This document shows, piece by piece, positions 33,364-45,080 of a stretch of DNA of 64,000 bases. The stretch is from NCBI GenBank assembly GCA_000146045.2, contig BK006936.2, forward strand, positions 448,001 through 512,000, read 5' to 3'. Both the position numbers and the translations under genes were made by a program. How positions within the stretch are numbered: the first letter of the stretch is position 1; every line of letters starts with the position of its first letter. Origin of the DNA: TPA_inf: Saccharomyces (lineage: Eukaryota). The notes under the pieces are model-generated. The model was not told where the DNA came from. It saw only the letters and a list, made by a program, of their open reading frames with translations, and searched no databases.

Positions 33364-35436
33364 TTAGTCAGTTTCAGCTTCAGCTTCAGCTTGGGCAATA
33401 AAAGGAGTCAAATCCTTGGTACCTTCTTCCCAAGAAGCACCATTGTAAGTGATATCGCGGATAGCCTTGATGACATTTTCGACGGAACCTCTAACTTGCT
33501 TGGTGGAATCTCTTTCTCTCAAAGTGACAGAATGGTCTTTGGCAGATTCAAAGTCAATGGTGACACCGAATGGAGTACCTAATTCGTCATTACGGGCATA
33601 TCTTTTACCAATGGAAACTCCAGAATCATCAATCTTAAATGGGATTTGAGACTTTCTTAAGATTTTGGCGACTTCAGTAGTAACAGGAACTAAATCTTTG
33701 TGGTTAGATAAAGGAACTAAAAGAACCTTTGTTGGAGCAACCAAAGGTGGGAAGGAAAGAACACTTCTGGCATTGTCTTCTGGTCTGTTCCAGAAAGAGT
33801 GCTCAAAAACGGAGTAGATGATACGGCCAATACCGAAAGATGGTTCAATGACACTAGGAACATATTCTCTAACGTGTTCAACCTTTGTTCTTTGTTCGAT
33901 TTTAACCAATTTATCGTCCAACTCGACTTCGCCATCAACACCATCAACCTTTATAGTAAACTTGCCATTTGCCTTCAATAACTCAGCCTTGGAAGCCAAG
34001 TCATCTTGAGACATATTCAATAGATGAGATTCAACTTTTGGTGCATCTTTTCTGAATTTTGGACCGAACAATTTTTTCGTCAAATCAATTTCCCACTTGG
34101 TGACTTCAATTGGATTATCTAATTTTTGTCTAACAACCAATTTTTCTTTGGTCTTTTTGGAATGAACGGTCAAATCATAGGCAGATCTATCAGCACATCC
34201 GACACATTCAATCCACCCGTAAGATGTCTTCAATTCACCATCCCAACAGTCAGCAGCATAATGTGCCATTTCATTAGCCATATGTTGACGGAATCTCAAT
34301 TTGGACTCATCAACACCAATTTTCATCAAAAATTGGTAAATTCTGGCAATAAAGTAACCCAAAGTTTCATTATCGACCATTCTTGAAGCAACTGCTTCAC
34401 CAACTGTCTTGACAATTGGTTCAGTAGAACCAGCTTCTTGAACATCACGAGGCAAAAAGGAAAGCTTGATGTCTTTGATTTCATTAAATTTTGGATGAGA
34501 TTTGTCCAATGGGTCAACGAAATGTTCAATCTCTGCCATCAAAAATTCACGGACTCTTAATAAACCGGCCCTTGGGGAAATCTCATTTCTAAATGATTTA
34601 CCGATAGAGGCTGAGGCAAAAGGGGTCTTACTGTTGTTAAATTCTAACAACTTGTTAAAATTCAAGAATTGACCTTGGGCAGTTTCTGGCCTCAAGTAAC
34701 CCTTTAATTGACCAGATGGGCCAATAGCCGTTTCAAACATCAGGTTAAAAGCCCTTGGAGATTCTAAAGTTTCTCCGGTGACTGGGTTACCGATATCGTA
34801 TTTTTCCATCAATTCACCTAATTCTGGGCCGGAATAACCATCTATTTTAGCCAAAATTTCTTCATATTCTTTGACAACGTCGTCATCCAATTTGACTGCT
34901 TTAATTTGTTTAACTTTTTTCTTTCTCTTCTTCTTTTCGGCATCGTCCTTAGCAGCGGCATTAGCATCCTCGACTAAACCTCTGGCTTCTTGGTCACCCT
35001 TTAAGCGAGCTTCCAAAACTTCTTCGACTAAATGGTCAGCTCTGAAAATCTCACCAGTCTTCAAATCTCTACACATCCAATCAGAAAATTTGTCAACATG
35101 ACCTGAGGTCTTCAAAACCTCATATGGAGTTAACATAGTACAATCAACTTCCAACATATCTTCTTCCAAAATAAAATGCTTTCTCCAGGCGTCAATGATG
35201 TTGTTTTGGAATGCACAACCTGGTGGACCATAGTCATATAAACCAGAAACCCCACCGTACAAGTCAAAAGCTGGGGCATAAAAAAATCTTCCTCTCAAAA
35301 CACTTTCTAGCTGTTCTCTGTTAAATGGAACAGCGGCTCTAGCCTTCTTGATATCTTCTACACTCATTCTTTTAATCTTAACCGATTTTTTAACAATCTG
35401 AGAGTAAAATCGTCTACTGATATTGAAGAACGACAA
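33364..35436 (-). CDS. GRS1: GRS1 (YBR121C), glycyl-tRNA synthetase. The cytosolic form starts at the AUG at 35367 and is 667 aa. The in-frame upstream region back to the UUG at 35436 gives the 690-aa mitochondrial isoform.
   Basis: Class II aaRS motifs and a GlyRS-specific sequence. The ORF track shows 54 in-frame codons with no stop upstream of MSVEDIKK, and a TTG lies 23 codons upstream of the AUG. Confidence 0.9.
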   Translation of the reverse strand: MSFFNISRRFYSQIVKKSVKIKRMSVEDIKKARAAVPFNREQLESVLRGRFFYAPAFDLYGGVSGLYDYGPPGCAFQNNIIDAWRKHFILEEDMLEVDCTMLTPYEVLKTSGHVDKFSDWMCRDLKTGEIFRADHLVEEVLEARLKGDQEARGLVEDANAAAKDDAEKKKRKKKVKQIKAVKLDDDVVKEYEEILAKIDGYSGPELGELMEKYDIGNPVTGETLESPRAFNLMFETAIGPSGQLKGYLRPETAQGQFLNFNKLLEFNNSKTPFASASIGKSFRNEISPRAGLLRVREFLMAEIEHFVDPLDKSHPKFNEIKDIKLSFLPRDVQEAGSTEPIVKTVGEAVASRMVDNETLGYFIARIYQFLMKIGVDESKLRFRQHMANEMAHYAADCWDGELKTSYGWIECVGCADRSAYDLTVHSKKTKEKLVVRQKLDNPIEVTKWEIDLTKKLFGPKFRKDAPKVESHLLNMSQDDLASKAELLKANGKFTIKVDGVDGEVELDDKLVKIEQRTKVEHVREYVPSVIEPSFGIGRIIYSVFEHSFWNRPEDNARSVLSFPPLVAPTKVLLVPLSNHKDLVPVTTEVAKILRKSQIPFKIDDSGVSIGKRYARNDELGTPFGVTIDFESAKDHSVTLRERDSTKQVRGSVENVIKAIRDITYNGASWEEGTKDLTPFIAQAEAEAETD

Positions 35437-35969
35437 TTTTTCTTGAAAATCAACACGAATGCAAAAAGGGAAACTAAAATAAAAGAAATCCTCAAAAGTA
35501 ATTGAACAGATTTCGAGTCCTAATTGCAAGTAAAATTATGTATACAAAGTACGTGATAAGTATCGCAGCAGTGATTCAACACTCGAGAAGAGTAAAAATT
35601 TTCAATTTTTTTCCACTGCGCTGAAATATTACGAGGCGTAGAAAATGATCACTACAATGCCGTTGCTGCTTATTGCAGCGTAAGTGAGCTTCATTCACAG
35701 ACCATTTGCCTCGATAATCCATGAATCATATCTGGTTCATATTATGTTTGTAAATGTGTGTCTTGTTGCACTTAATCTATCGCGATAGCGCCAAACCAAG
35801 CGTTCGCAGAATCTTCGTTGTCAATATATACATATGTAGACGTATGTGTATATGTTGCGGTATATACAAGGCTGTTTATGTAGTCTTCAAACAGATGCGA
35901 TTGAGATCTATGTCCCAAAAGGAATATAAATTGGTTCGAGAATAGAAAAGTAAGGGGAGCAAACACTAT

Positions 35970-36569
<600 letters not shown>

Positions 36570-36741
36570 TTAGGAATAATAATGATACCCTTTCATTTTA
36601 GTTATTTGATTTTGATGCATTTTGCACGAGATAATCGCTCTTTACGGTTTGGGGACAAAACTCAGAAATATCACATACGTAGTTATGGTTTTATTGCACA
36701 TTTGGCATATTTTGATATTGAAATAAAAGAAAACCTACTTA

Positions 36742-38691
36742 TTACAGATCGACTTCATCAACAAATCCCTTGAGCTCGCTTTTCATTGTTTCCGCGGTTT
36801 TAGGATCTAGTTTAGCTATTTTATTTATGATATCTTGGAAGCTCGCTGTTTTAACATCAAAACTTTCTTGTTCTTCTTCATCTGCATCAACGTCATCCAC
36901 GTCATCGTCTATACTTGCAGGCACCTTCAAGTTCTGATCAGTGTCCATCTCTTCATTTTCCAAAGCAGCGTCGTCTGGCTCTTCAGTTATGGCGCCATTA
37001 TCATCAAAATCATCACCAGCAGCGATACCCTTATCCTCCTCTATGGCATTTGAGGACATTTGACTACCTGCATCCATATTTATGTCCCCATCAGCATCTT
37101 TATTGGTGTTAACACCCATTCCCTCTTCTGAGTTCTTGTTTTCGGGTACCATGGATTCTTTAACAAATAACATTGTCTTGAAATACTTCAACTTGTATTT
37201 ATTATACTCATAATTTCCTTGAACCATGCAACCAAGTTCGTATTTTACTATCCTTCTTATCTTGACCAAGTCTAATTCTTTGAACCATCCAGTTAGTTCA
37301 TTCGCCTTATCTAAATATTCGACGTTGTGAAAAACTTCTGCAATGTTTGGCTCACCAATTAATAAATCAATCTGCAACATCAGGTACCACGGTATTCTTT
37401 TTCCATCAAATTTGAACCTGCTGTCAATACCGCCTGGAGTGTCTGATTCGAATACCAGGGGTGGTGGCTTTGGTACATTCTTTTTCACTATGGGAGAAGA
37501 TAGTAATTTCCTTTCAATCTTAAAATATTCTGTTTGATATTGGGCGTATTCCACTGAACTTCTGGGGTCTATACCAAATTTGATATATGTATTTCTCCAA
37601 GGCCCCATTGTGAAACGATAAGATATGAGTGCCAGCGCTATCTTCATAGTATGGTGTATCTTCTTCGGGACAATCCCATCAAGATGTCTTTTAACCCAAA
37701 TTGGACGTCTAGCGAAGAGCTCTCTCAAAATTTTCAAGCATTCCTCCAGCGATTCATAAAATTTAGAGTCACTTTTAGTGCCTGGATAGACTTTTGTTTT
37801 CTTCGCGACCTCAAAATCGTACAGGACTTGTTCATGAGCTTGGGACGGTATAACTGTCTTATCACTAAGATCATGAACAAACAACTGATAGTTTTTGATA
37901 TATGTTCCCTTCACTTCTGTGACACCGTTTTTTTTTTTTTTCGCAAATGGATTAGCTTTATATTTATAAAGCAGGGGGAAACCAACCATTGATAACTTAG
38001 GAGGTGGCGGCAGTTGGAAATCTGTACTCGGAATTTTAACGCTACGGTCTAAGATCAAATTCCCGATGTTTTCCTGAGGTTGAGAGTCATTATCTGGTAC
38101 AGAATTGACAAAACTTTTGAAATTATTCCATTCCAGAGAGCCAAAGCTACTTTTGAACTCTCTTGCAGAGGGGACATTATCCAGTTTGATTTGAAAATCT
38201 GACATTTCTCTAAATTTTATAGTGTTATCTACTATGGAAACAGGAGTGACTCTCAATTTATTCGAATCTTTTAAGGATTTGATAGAATCTTTGACGCTAT
38301 TATTATTTTTACTTAAAGTTCCCTTAGGCATTGTAACCTTTAATATGACCGACTCATCTCTGAAGGGAACTCTTTTACCAATTACAGGATGCTCATTAAA
38401 ATAGCTCTTGGATCCGTCGCTATCAGTATCATCGTTTAAGTACAGTTGTAATCCGTGCTGAGATTCGATAGGTCCATGTTCTTTAAAGGCTTCTTTCACT
38501 TTTTCGATGCCCCCACACATTTTTATAGCCTTCTGTATACTAGAGTGTTTTGTGGAGACATTAAGTGGCAATTCTAAACTTGGAATTCTGGGCAGGTCTA
38601 ACGTAAATTCATCTGCTATTAACGGTGGGGCCTGGTCCGCGCTAGAATCTGGAATTGATGAAAGTGTAGCAAGAGGCTCCTCCACTGGCAT
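36742..38691 (-). CDS. TFC1: TFC1 (YBR123C), TFIIIC tau95 subunit, 649 aa.
   Basis: The protein from MPVEEPLATLSS is 649 aa with an acidic C-terminal tail, at the expected position. Confidence 0.85.
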   Translation of the reverse strand: MPVEEPLATLSSIPDSSADQAPPLIADEFTLDLPRIPSLELPLNVSTKHSSIQKAIKMCGGIEKVKEAFKEHGPIESQHGLQLYLNDDTDSDGSKSYFNEHPVIGKRVPFRDESVILKVTMPKGTLSKNNNSVKDSIKSLKDSNKLRVTPVSIVDNTIKFREMSDFQIKLDNVPSAREFKSSFGSLEWNNFKSFVNSVPDNDSQPQENIGNLILDRSVKIPSTDFQLPPPPKLSMVGFPLLYKYKANPFAKKKKNGVTEVKGTYIKNYQLFVHDLSDKTVIPSQAHEQVLYDFEVAKKTKVYPGTKSDSKFYESLEECLKILRELFARRPIWVKRHLDGIVPKKIHHTMKIALALISYRFTMGPWRNTYIKFGIDPRSSVEYAQYQTEYFKIERKLLSSPIVKKNVPKPPPLVFESDTPGGIDSRFKFDGKRIPWYLMLQIDLLIGEPNIAEVFHNVEYLDKANELTGWFKELDLVKIRRIVKYELGCMVQGNYEYNKYKLKYFKTMLFVKESMVPENKNSEEGMGVNTNKDADGDINMDAGSQMSSNAIEEDKGIAAGDDFDDNGAITEEPDDAALENEEMDTDQNLKVPASIDDDVDDVDADEEEQESFDVKTASFQDIINKIAKLDPKTAETMKSELKGFVDEVDL

Positions 38692-39198
38692 TTTCACGAT
38701 TTGGAAGATATTTTCGCTCTTGAAAGCTATAGAGATTAATTATGTTTTTCCCTTGGTATACCTTTTCTGTGTTGTCTTTCAGTTCCTGTCTTTAGGATGT
38801 TATTTATCGATCTTTTTCAGAAAGACCAAAAGCGAAGAAGCGAAGAAGAGGACTTCTCTGTACTAAGACCAAATTATGTAAAAGGAAAACTAAACATGAA
38901 TATGTGAATTTATTTCCAAAACACAGCAGAGCTTAAAGATGGGGTAAACTCATATTCATATTCATATACACGTATGTATATAAAAATTCATTTAAAAGGA
39001 TTGCTTTGGTTTTCTACAACACTAAAAAGCACAATAAAATAATAAAGTAAAAAAAAAAATGTGATAATGAGGTCGTTTTAAGGTACTTTTGTTATTTCAT
39101 CTCCCAAGCAGTTGATCCTATACACTAATACACAGACACATTAACCACACGTTCAGATATGTATGAGAAAAAGGAAGAAGAAAAATAATTTTTTTTCC

Positions 39199-40380
39199 TT
39201 ACACTAGGCCCCTTTCTCTTTCCAAACGGGTCTTCATTTTATTAAACCAGTCTTGCAATGTTTCGCCTTTCCGGTTTAGCACTACAATGATGGCAGTCAT
39301 ATTGTCAAAGCCGACACCAGTATTGCTATTTGCCTGCGCTATCCCGTGGTCCAACAATTTTGTTATTATTGTATCCAACTTCGTCCCTGATACCAGGTGA
39401 TACTTTATAAAGTGAATTAACTGTTTGTTGTTATAAATATCCCATATACCGTCGCAAGCCAGTACTAAAAACTCATCTTTAGAATAGTCAATCTTGTGCA
39501 TCAATACGTCTGGTTCAACGGTAACTTGTGCTTCTTGTGGTGGGGTTCCATAAGTTAAATTCTGGGTAATATTTGTTAGTTTTGTCCTTCTATGTGGATA
39601 AGTGACACCTCTCTTGAATTGGAAATCACTAAATGCCCTACTGAGAGCCAGTACTCCACCCACTCTTCCAAGAGAGACAGTACCACCATTATCGTTTATA
39701 CGTATCAATTCTCCTATGTGTTGTGGCTTATGATCGAAAGACATCGTCTTTATGCCATTCGATTTGGAGGAAAGAATACATCGCGAATCACCACAGTTAG
39801 CCACATACAGTGATTCCTCGTTTATGATGCATGCTACTACTGCTGTAGATCCACACGAACTGTTGGCAAAATGTCGATATAACTCTTCATCTTGCAATAT
39901 GAAAGCGTCTTTAAAAATTTGAGAAACAAGTCCTTCCAACGTATTGAAGGATCTTTTAAATTTTGATGAGTCGTTATTAGTTGTAGATGTGTAATGGTGG
40001 TTTTCGAAACTATACGCAATCCATTTGATCAGGCCAGCGTTGGGTTCACCATTACCGTTGCTACTGCCGTTACCATCGCGATGGTGGCGGCCGCCGCTTA
40101 GAAATTTCGAACAATCATCTCCACCATGACCATCGAATACTGCGAAGACGTTCAATGACAGGGTTTCGTATTTGTCTATGAATGGGTTGAAAAATCGTAC
40201 GTACACAACAGAGTTTTCATTTCTAATTAGATGTGCATCTTCCTGAGTCAAACGATAGCCTTGCATGGACCCCACACAATTGTAAAATCGTGGAACAATA
40301 CCAGTTGACGCCTGGTTGTTTTTATATTCATTATATTCTATGGTCTTCTCCGTCAACGGATGGGAAAGCAATTGACCCAT
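39199..40380 (-). CDS. PTC4: PTC4 (YBR125C), PP2C-type protein phosphatase, 393 aa.
   Basis: PP2C motifs (FAVFDGHGG, LACDGIWD). The protein from MGQLLSHPLTEK is 393 aa. Confidence 0.88.
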   Translation of the reverse strand: MGQLLSHPLTEKTIEYNEYKNNQASTGIVPRFYNCVGSMQGYRLTQEDAHLIRNENSVVYVRFFNPFIDKYETLSLNVFAVFDGHGGDDCSKFLSGGRHHRDGNGSSNGNGEPNAGLIKWIAYSFENHHYTSTTNNDSSKFKRSFNTLEGLVSQIFKDAFILQDEELYRHFANSSCGSTAVVACIINEESLYVANCGDSRCILSSKSNGIKTMSFDHKPQHIGELIRINDNGGTVSLGRVGGVLALSRAFSDFQFKRGVTYPHRRTKLTNITQNLTYGTPPQEAQVTVEPDVLMHKIDYSKDEFLVLACDGIWDIYNNKQLIHFIKYHLVSGTKLDTIITKLLDHGIAQANSNTGVGFDNMTAIIVVLNRKGETLQDWFNKMKTRLERERGLV

Positions 40381-40904
40381 TTTTGTCTTCTTCAAATTGA
40401 AGTTACTTTCTAAAATGGCTATATAGGGGAGAATAGAGGCAAAAAGGGCGATGGGATAGAAAAGAAGACGTAAGGGCTCCGTGCTAAGAAAGAAGAAAAA
40501 GATGCAGTTGAAAACAACGTAAAACTAGAGATCCAATGTCAATTGTTTATGTAGCCAATATCTTCGTTATGCGGTGTGAACAGCGACAATAAAAAAAAAT
40601 GTGGGATAAATTATGGCTTTTTTTTCTTGATTTCCTTTTTCTTTTTATTCATGATGTTTCGAAGAAGAGATCAGCGCGGGAGAGAAAGAAAGAGAGAGAA
40701 AAAGAGGGCCTATACGGTGAAAAAACTACTTGCGCAGCTTCAGTAACAGCGCTACAGACAGGCGTTAACGAATAGGAGAGGACGTGTGGCGTTTCAGTTA
40801 TGTCATTTATATAATTTTATATAAAGTATAAAAAAAGTGAATAGAAGAGAGGGCAGAGAAAACCGGACCAGGAATAGACGATCGTCTCATTTGCATCGGG
40901 TTCA

Positions 40905-42392
40905 TCAGTTTTTGGTGGCAGAGGAGCTTGTTGAGCTTGATGATGTACTGTATAATTCATGGACGAAATTTTCACCCCAGAAGGCAGAAGTGTATTTAGA
41001 GATGTATTTGTAAAGTTTTTCCCAGTTAACTTCTTTCTTTACATCGGGCAAAGTCAAGGCCTCGTTGATGGCATCAGAAAGATCATCGGTGTTCCAAGGA
41101 TTTACAATAATAGCACCATTCAAGGATTGTGCGGCACCTGTGAACTCACTCAGGATTAAGGAACCTTTCTTTTCTTCTTGGCAAGCAATATATTCGTAGG
41201 AAACCAAGTTCATACCATCACGGGTGGACGAGACCAAACAAACATCGCTCACAGCATATAACGAAATCAGCTCTTCAAATGGTATAGACTTGTGCATGAA
41301 ATGGATGGGGACGAATTCCACAGTACCGAACTGACCGTTGATTCTACCGACCAACTCATTGACCACAGATCTTAAATATTGGTACTCTTCCACATCTCCA
41401 CGACTTGGCACTGCAACCTGTACCAGAACAACCTTGCCCCTCCATTCTGGATGCTCGTTCAGAAACACTTCCATGGCGTGCAACTTCTGAGGCACACCTT
41501 TGATGTAATCCAGCCTGTCGACACCAACTATGATCTTGCAGCCCTTGAAAGTTTCCTTCAATTGTTGGATTCTCTTTTGTACGGATTCCTTTTTCAACCC
41601 ATCGGTGAACTTGTCCACGTCGATACCGATAGGGAAGGCCCCTACGTTAACGAATCTGCCCTGGTATTCCACCCCATTAGGCAATGTGTTCACGTTAAGC
41701 ACTCTTTGCACGGAAGACAAGAAATGTCTTGCATAATCGTATGTGTGGAACCCGACTAAATCACAACTCAAAACACCCTTCAAAATCTCTTGTCTGACAG
41801 GTAAGATTCTGTAAATTTCACTCGAAGGGAATGGTGTGTGCAGGAACCACCCGACCTTAACGTTTTGCAGTTGCTTCTCGTGAATCTTGACTCTCAACAT
41901 TTCCGGAACCAACATCAAATGGTAATCATGCACCCAGATTAAATCGTTATGGTTCATAGTCTTAGCAATCTCGTTGGTGAACGTCTGGTTTGCCTCGTTG
42001 TATGCCAACCACGCATTCTCGTCGAAATTGATCTCACCAGGATGGTAATGGAATAACGGCCATAGAATAGAATTACTGAACCCGTTGTAGTGTAAGTCTG
42101 CGATTTCATCGCTCAGGAAGATGGGTACGGCATTAAACTTTTCCAGCAAGTCCTTCCTCACCTGATCCTTCTCATCGTCAGGAATCTCTAGCCCAGGCCA
42201 TCCGAACCACTTGAAAGTGTACGTCTTCTTCAACCCTTCCAACGCCGTGACCAGCCCTCCGGACGACATTGCGTACTCGTACTGTCCCGTACTGCTGTTT
42301 TTAGTGATTGTCACGGGAAGCCTGTTGGACACCACAATAATGTTACCCCCTGAAGACGAGGTCAGTTGCGCCTTAGCGTTATCCGTAGTCAT
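40905..42392 (-). CDS. TPS1: TPS1 (YBR126C), trehalose-6-phosphate synthase, 495 aa.
   Basis: A GT20 family sequence, with the exact length and position expected. Confidence 0.93.
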   Translation of the reverse strand: MTTDNAKAQLTSSSGGNIIVVSNRLPVTITKNSSTGQYEYAMSSGGLVTALEGLKKTYTFKWFGWPGLEIPDDEKDQVRKDLLEKFNAVPIFLSDEIADLHYNGFSNSILWPLFHYHPGEINFDENAWLAYNEANQTFTNEIAKTMNHNDLIWVHDYHLMLVPEMLRVKIHEKQLQNVKVGWFLHTPFPSSEIYRILPVRQEILKGVLSCDLVGFHTYDYARHFLSSVQRVLNVNTLPNGVEYQGRFVNVGAFPIGIDVDKFTDGLKKESVQKRIQQLKETFKGCKIIVGVDRLDYIKGVPQKLHAMEVFLNEHPEWRGKVVLVQVAVPSRGDVEEYQYLRSVVNELVGRINGQFGTVEFVPIHFMHKSIPFEELISLYAVSDVCLVSSTRDGMNLVSYEYIACQEEKKGSLILSEFTGAAQSLNGAIIVNPWNTDDLSDAINEALTLPDVKKEVNWEKLYKYISKYTSAFWGENFVHELYSTSSSSTSSSATKN

Positions 42393-42620
42393 AGTTCTAT
42401 GTCTTAATAAGTCTGTATGTGAGTACCTAGTTTGTTAGCCTGCTTTGTTGCTTACTTAGCTGCGTGCTTGTTCAAGAAGAAACTGACAGAAACTCAATTG
42501 ACAAGATAAGACTACCAAGTTAATCAATCTCTACCACCCGGCTGTACGCCTTAATCTCTCTCTATATATACATACTCACAATAATACATGTGTCTTAGAA
42601 CCTCAGTGCAGTTTGTCCAT

Positions 42621-42752
42621 GGCGCCCCCCTGAGAGCCCCTGCCCTGACCTGCCCAGCGGGGTGACCCCTATCAGCCTGCGGATGAGGGCCCAGGGGGCT
42701 CCCTCTCCCTGGCGCGCTGGCACTCTAGGCCCGATCCCTCGTCAATCCCCTT
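42621..42752. promoter_or_regulatory. GC-rich island with multiple STRE (CCCCT/AGGGG) elements in the TPS1 promoter.
   Basis: CCCCT occurs at about 42626, 42638, 42667 and 42746, and AGGGG at 42693. The local GC content is far above the window background. Confidence 0.7.
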
Positions 42753-42849
42753 ATAAACAGCGCTGACGTGCTTGGACTTTGTTCCTTGTTCTTTTGTTCT
42801 TTGTTCTGGTGCAGATGGAACAGAACAATCGCAACAAGAGCACGAAGAT

Positions 42850-43056
42850 ATGGCTATCACCCCTGACAAACAGAAGAAAGAACAACAGCATCAACCACAG
42901 AACGGACCGCTCGACTATGCTCACATATGCAAGTGTATTGCAATGTTCTTTGTCGTTGCGGGCGTGGTGCTGATGTTCTTCGAGACCGGGTTGGACCCAG
43001 AACAAAAAGAGCAAATCAAGCGTCTCCACCAGTTGGACGGCATTCCTCACGCTTGA
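42850..43056 (+). CDS. YBR126W-A, a 68-aa small protein with a single predicted transmembrane helix.
   Basis: The ORF begins MAITPDKQKKEQQHQ... and has a hydrophobic stretch ICKCIAMFFVVAGVVLMFF. Its position between TPS1 and VMA2 matches the annotated small ORF. Confidence 0.65.
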   Translation: MAITPDKQKKEQQHQPQNGPLDYAHICKCIAMFFVVAGVVLMFFETGLDPEQKEQIKRLHQLDGIPHA

Positions 43057-43268
43057 TGTGCCCAGGGTGATGTGTTCCTTGATCTTTTTCTTTTTTTTTT
43101 TTCAATTACGGATTATGCATATATAGGTGGGTATACGTACGTAAAAAAACAAAAACACACATGTAGACATCTATATACGTTTAAAAAAGCTTTAGATTCA
43201 GATCTTTGGGTTTTACAAAAAAAAAACGGACAAAATAAAAAAAGCCTTTTTCTTCAGCAACCGTCCTC

Positions 43269-44822
43269 TTAGATTAGAGATTCTTCTTGGCTGGCGTCCT
43301 TCTTCTTACCGGAGCTTCTTGTGTCGGGATCTTCTTCATCTTCGTCGGCATCGTCTCTGGCTCTATCGTAAAATTCATCAAGAATCTTTGGGGAGATTCT
43401 ATTCAACATCTCCTTAGGGTAGATTCTTAGCAAACTCCATGCCTGGTCCAAACTTTCGAAAACGGTTCTGTCCTCGTAGGCGCCTTGTGTGATAAAGGTC
43501 TTTTCGAATTTTTCCAAAAATTCCAAAGATAACTTATCTTCGATGGATAACGCCTCTTCACCGACAACGGCCTTCATAGCAGCAGCGTCCTTACCGATGG
43601 CGTACTTGGCATACAATTGGTTAGAAACGTCACCGTGGTCCTTTCTGGTCATACCTTCACCGATGGCAGATTTCATCAATCTACTCAACGAAGGCAAGAC
43701 GTTGATTGGTGGGTAGATACCCTTGTTATGTAATTGACGGTCAACGAAGATTTGACCCTCGGTAATATAACCGGTCAAATCCGGAATTGGATGCGTAATA
43801 TCATCGTTAGGCATTGTCAAGATAGGTATTTGAGTGATGGACCCGTTACGACCCTCTACTCTACCTGCTCTTTCATAAATTGTGGACAAATCTGTATACA
43901 TGTAACCAGGATAACCTCTTCTACCTGGAACTTCTTCTCTAGCAGCGGAAACTTCTCTAAGAGCATCAGCATACGATGACATATCGGTCAAGATGGTCAA
44001 CACATGACGTTCCGTTTGGTAAGCAAGGTATTCAGCGGTGGTCAAGGCCAATCTTGGAGTGATAATTCTTTCAATGGTAGGGTCATTAGCCAAGTTCAAA
44101 AATAATGAAGTTCTTTCCAAAGACCCATTTTCTTCGAAATCCTGTTTGAAAAATCTAGCGGTTTCCAAGTTGACACCCATGGCAGCAAAAACGATGGAGA
44201 AATTTTCTTCATGACCATCATGAACATCCTTGGTAGGTCTCACCAAACCAGCCTGTCTACAAATTTGTGCTGCAATTTCGTTGTGTGGTAAACCTGATGC
44301 GGAGAAAATTGGGATCTTTTGACCTCTGGCAATGGAGTTCATTGTGTCAATAGCAGAAACACCAGTAGAAATCATTTCTTCTGGATAAATACGAGCATAT
44401 GGGTTGATAGGAGAACCGTTAATGTCCAAGTAATCCTCTGCGAAAACTTTAGGACCGTTGTCAATGGGTCTACCAGAACCGTCAAAAATTCTACCCAACA
44501 TGTCTTCAGACACAGGAATTCTCAAACTCTCACCAGTGAATTCCACGGTAGTCTTCTTGACATCAATACCAGATGTACCTTCAAACACTTGCACAATGGC
44601 TCTATCTCCTCTAATTTCCAAAACTTGACCTTGTCTCACGGTTCCATCTGGCAATGTCAAATTAACAATTTCGTTGTAACGTGGGAACTTGACCTTTTCC
44701 AAAATGACTAATGGACCGTTCACACCACTGACCGTATTATAGTTCAATCTAGGCTTCACATTGAAACCTTGTTCGACGGCTTTCTTATTTATGGCAAACA
44801 ACTCCTTATCAGACAAAACCAT
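43269..44822 (-). CDS. VMA2: VMA2 (YBR127C), V-ATPase subunit B, 517 aa.
   Basis: An F/V-ATPase alpha/beta-family sequence including the [20 protein letters not shown] region. The length matches. Confidence 0.95.
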
Positions 44823-45080
44823 TCCTGCAATATTTATTTTCGCTTGATGTACTGTCTACTCTTACAATCGCAATCCTGTCAACAATGGTTGTCTATCTGT
44901 ATTAAAATCATTTAGTCCTTTATCTCTTATCCTTTTCTTTCAACGGGGTGAAAAAAAAAAAAAAAAAAACAACTAAAAAACTGAGTTGGTTCTTACCCGA
45001 ATGCTTATTACACTGGCTGCTATTGTTTATGACTGACTACATGCAACTTTATACACACGGCAGGAAAAAAAGTGCGCACT

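Noticed and set aside
35754-35966. Small ORFs of 63 and 64 aa between GRS1 and MRPL36.
   Set aside because: They are short, C/Y-rich and low-complexity, lying in a promoter or UTR region with no coding signature.
38507-38866. A 119-aa ORF overlapping the TFC1 5' end on the opposite strand, corresponding to dubious YBR124W.
   Set aside because: It is antisense and overlaps a bona fide conserved gene, with no domain evidence.
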